NCBI GenBank assembly: GCA_045616725.1
Contig: JAZLHI010000129.1
Location: 3,414 to 67,413, forward strand
Source of the DNA: Prevotella sp.
Lineage (GTDB): Bacteria; Bacteroidota; Bacteroidia; Bacteroidales; Bacteroidaceae
Reading direction: 5' to 3'
DNA: 64,000 nucleotides
The position numbers were made by a program, and so were the translations under genes. Below are positions 63,329 to 64,000 of this stretch, piece after piece (the first letter of the stretch is position 1; every line of letters begins with the position of its first letter). The notes beneath the pieces were generated by a model. That model did no database searches. It was given only the letters and a program-made list of their open reading frames with translations, and was not told the origin of the DNA.

Positions 63329-64000
63329 ATGAATTACGATTCCATCCGCTCTTACAATCCAGAAGAGCTTCAAGATGCATATTCCCGCCTGCTTGCTGAA
63401 CCAATGTTTCAGCAAGTGGCGGGTTTTGTTTTGCCTAATGTTCCACTCCAGGTCGTAGAACAGGAGATGCGCTCATGCAAGACAAACCTTGATTTCCAGA
63501 AAAAATTCTGTTATACTTTCCTTCACAATCTCCTTGCGAAGGCAAGCGACGGAATGAACAACGACCTGAGTGCTGTTGACACTACAAAGCGTTACACATT
63601 CATCTCGAACCATCGAGACATCGTTCTCGACTCTGCTTTCCTTTCAAAGGTGCTTATCGATGGCGGCTTCCCTACCACTTGTGAGATTGCCATTGGCGAC
63701 AATCTCCTTGCATGGCCATGGATAGAGGATCTCGTCCGTATTATCAAGGCGTTCATTGTTCGTCGTGGATTGTCACTCCGTGAACAGCTCATGGCAAGCA
63801 AGCAGCTCGCTTCCTATATGCACTACGTCATCTCTGAAAAAAACGACAACCTATGGATTGCCCAGCGTGAAGGACGTGCAAAGGATTCTGACGACCGCAC
63901 CCAGCCTGCCATTCTCAAGATGATTGCCATGGCTGGCGAAGGCGATGCTCTAGATCGTCTCAAGGAAATGCACATCTCTCCGCTCTGCATCTCTTACGAA
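63329..64000 (+). CDS. Acyltransferase (PlsC/LPLAT family), 3'-truncated by the window end
   Basis: ATG 63329 is open to the window end (absent from the track because no stop is reached). HX4D motif NHRDIVLDS. Confidence 0.75.
   Translation, partial: MNYDSIRSYNPEELQDAYSRLLAEPMFQQVAGFVLPNVPLQVVEQEMRSCKTNLDFQKKFCYTFLHNLLAKASDGMNNDLSAVDTTKRYTFISNHRDIVLDSAFLSKVLIDGGFPTTCEIAIGDNLLAWPWIEDLVRIIKAFIVRRGLSLREQLMASKQLASYMHYVISEKNDNLWIAQREGRAKDSDDRTQPAILKMIAMAGEGDALDRLKEMHISPLCISYE

Noticed and set aside
62195-63415. 406-aa ORF on the minus strand
   Set aside because: It lies entirely antisense to the clearly recognisable ddl gene (62300-63292). Its product is low-complexity and Leu/Val/Ser-rich with no motifs. 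This is a typical shadow ORF.

Overview
This 64-kb chromosomal segment looks like Bacteroidota (Prevotella/Bacteroides-like). Supporting signs: TAnnTTTG -7 promoter boxes in front of most transcription units, a T9SS C-terminal sorting domain, a hybrid two-component/AraC regulator next to GH43/GH97/esterase genes, BspA-type LRR proteins and GldE. Most of the window is core backbone: rseC-rnfBCDGEA, prfC, ssb-gldE, tyrS, yidD-rnpA, hemD-like, metK, yggS, efp, rpmH, rluD, ddl, and a Gly-Leu-Leu-Gly tRNA cluster.

Accessory content:
- A visibly AT-rich island at 1.5-7.6 kb holds a frameshifted GNAT toxin with a 57-aa putative antitoxin, and a FokI-family Type IIS restriction enzyme with three DNA methyltransferases.
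- An LRR block at 37.7-43.7 kb includes a membrane Ser/Thr kinase with a BspA-LRR ectodomain.

The strongest leads are non-coding:
1. A family of ~150-270 bp multi-hairpin elements is built from short heptamer words that differ between copies but stay self-complementary. One copy sits in its own promoter-to-T-run unit and is a candidate structured ncRNA.
2. A cobalamin riboswitch has its own promoter, only a 41-codon ORF and its own terminator.
3. Arrays of 7-8-nt periodic A/T-rich words lie directly upstream of many start codons, and related word hairpins are inserted in frame inside a MATE transporter gene.
4. A conserved promoter cassette is reused at four sites.
5. There are also MITE-like GC-hairpin insertions (one inside the rnf operon), phased GTTGAC sites and a triple palindrome.

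I saw no CRISPR array, rRNA, integrase or transposase. All calls come from reading the sequence and the ORF translations. No database search was run.
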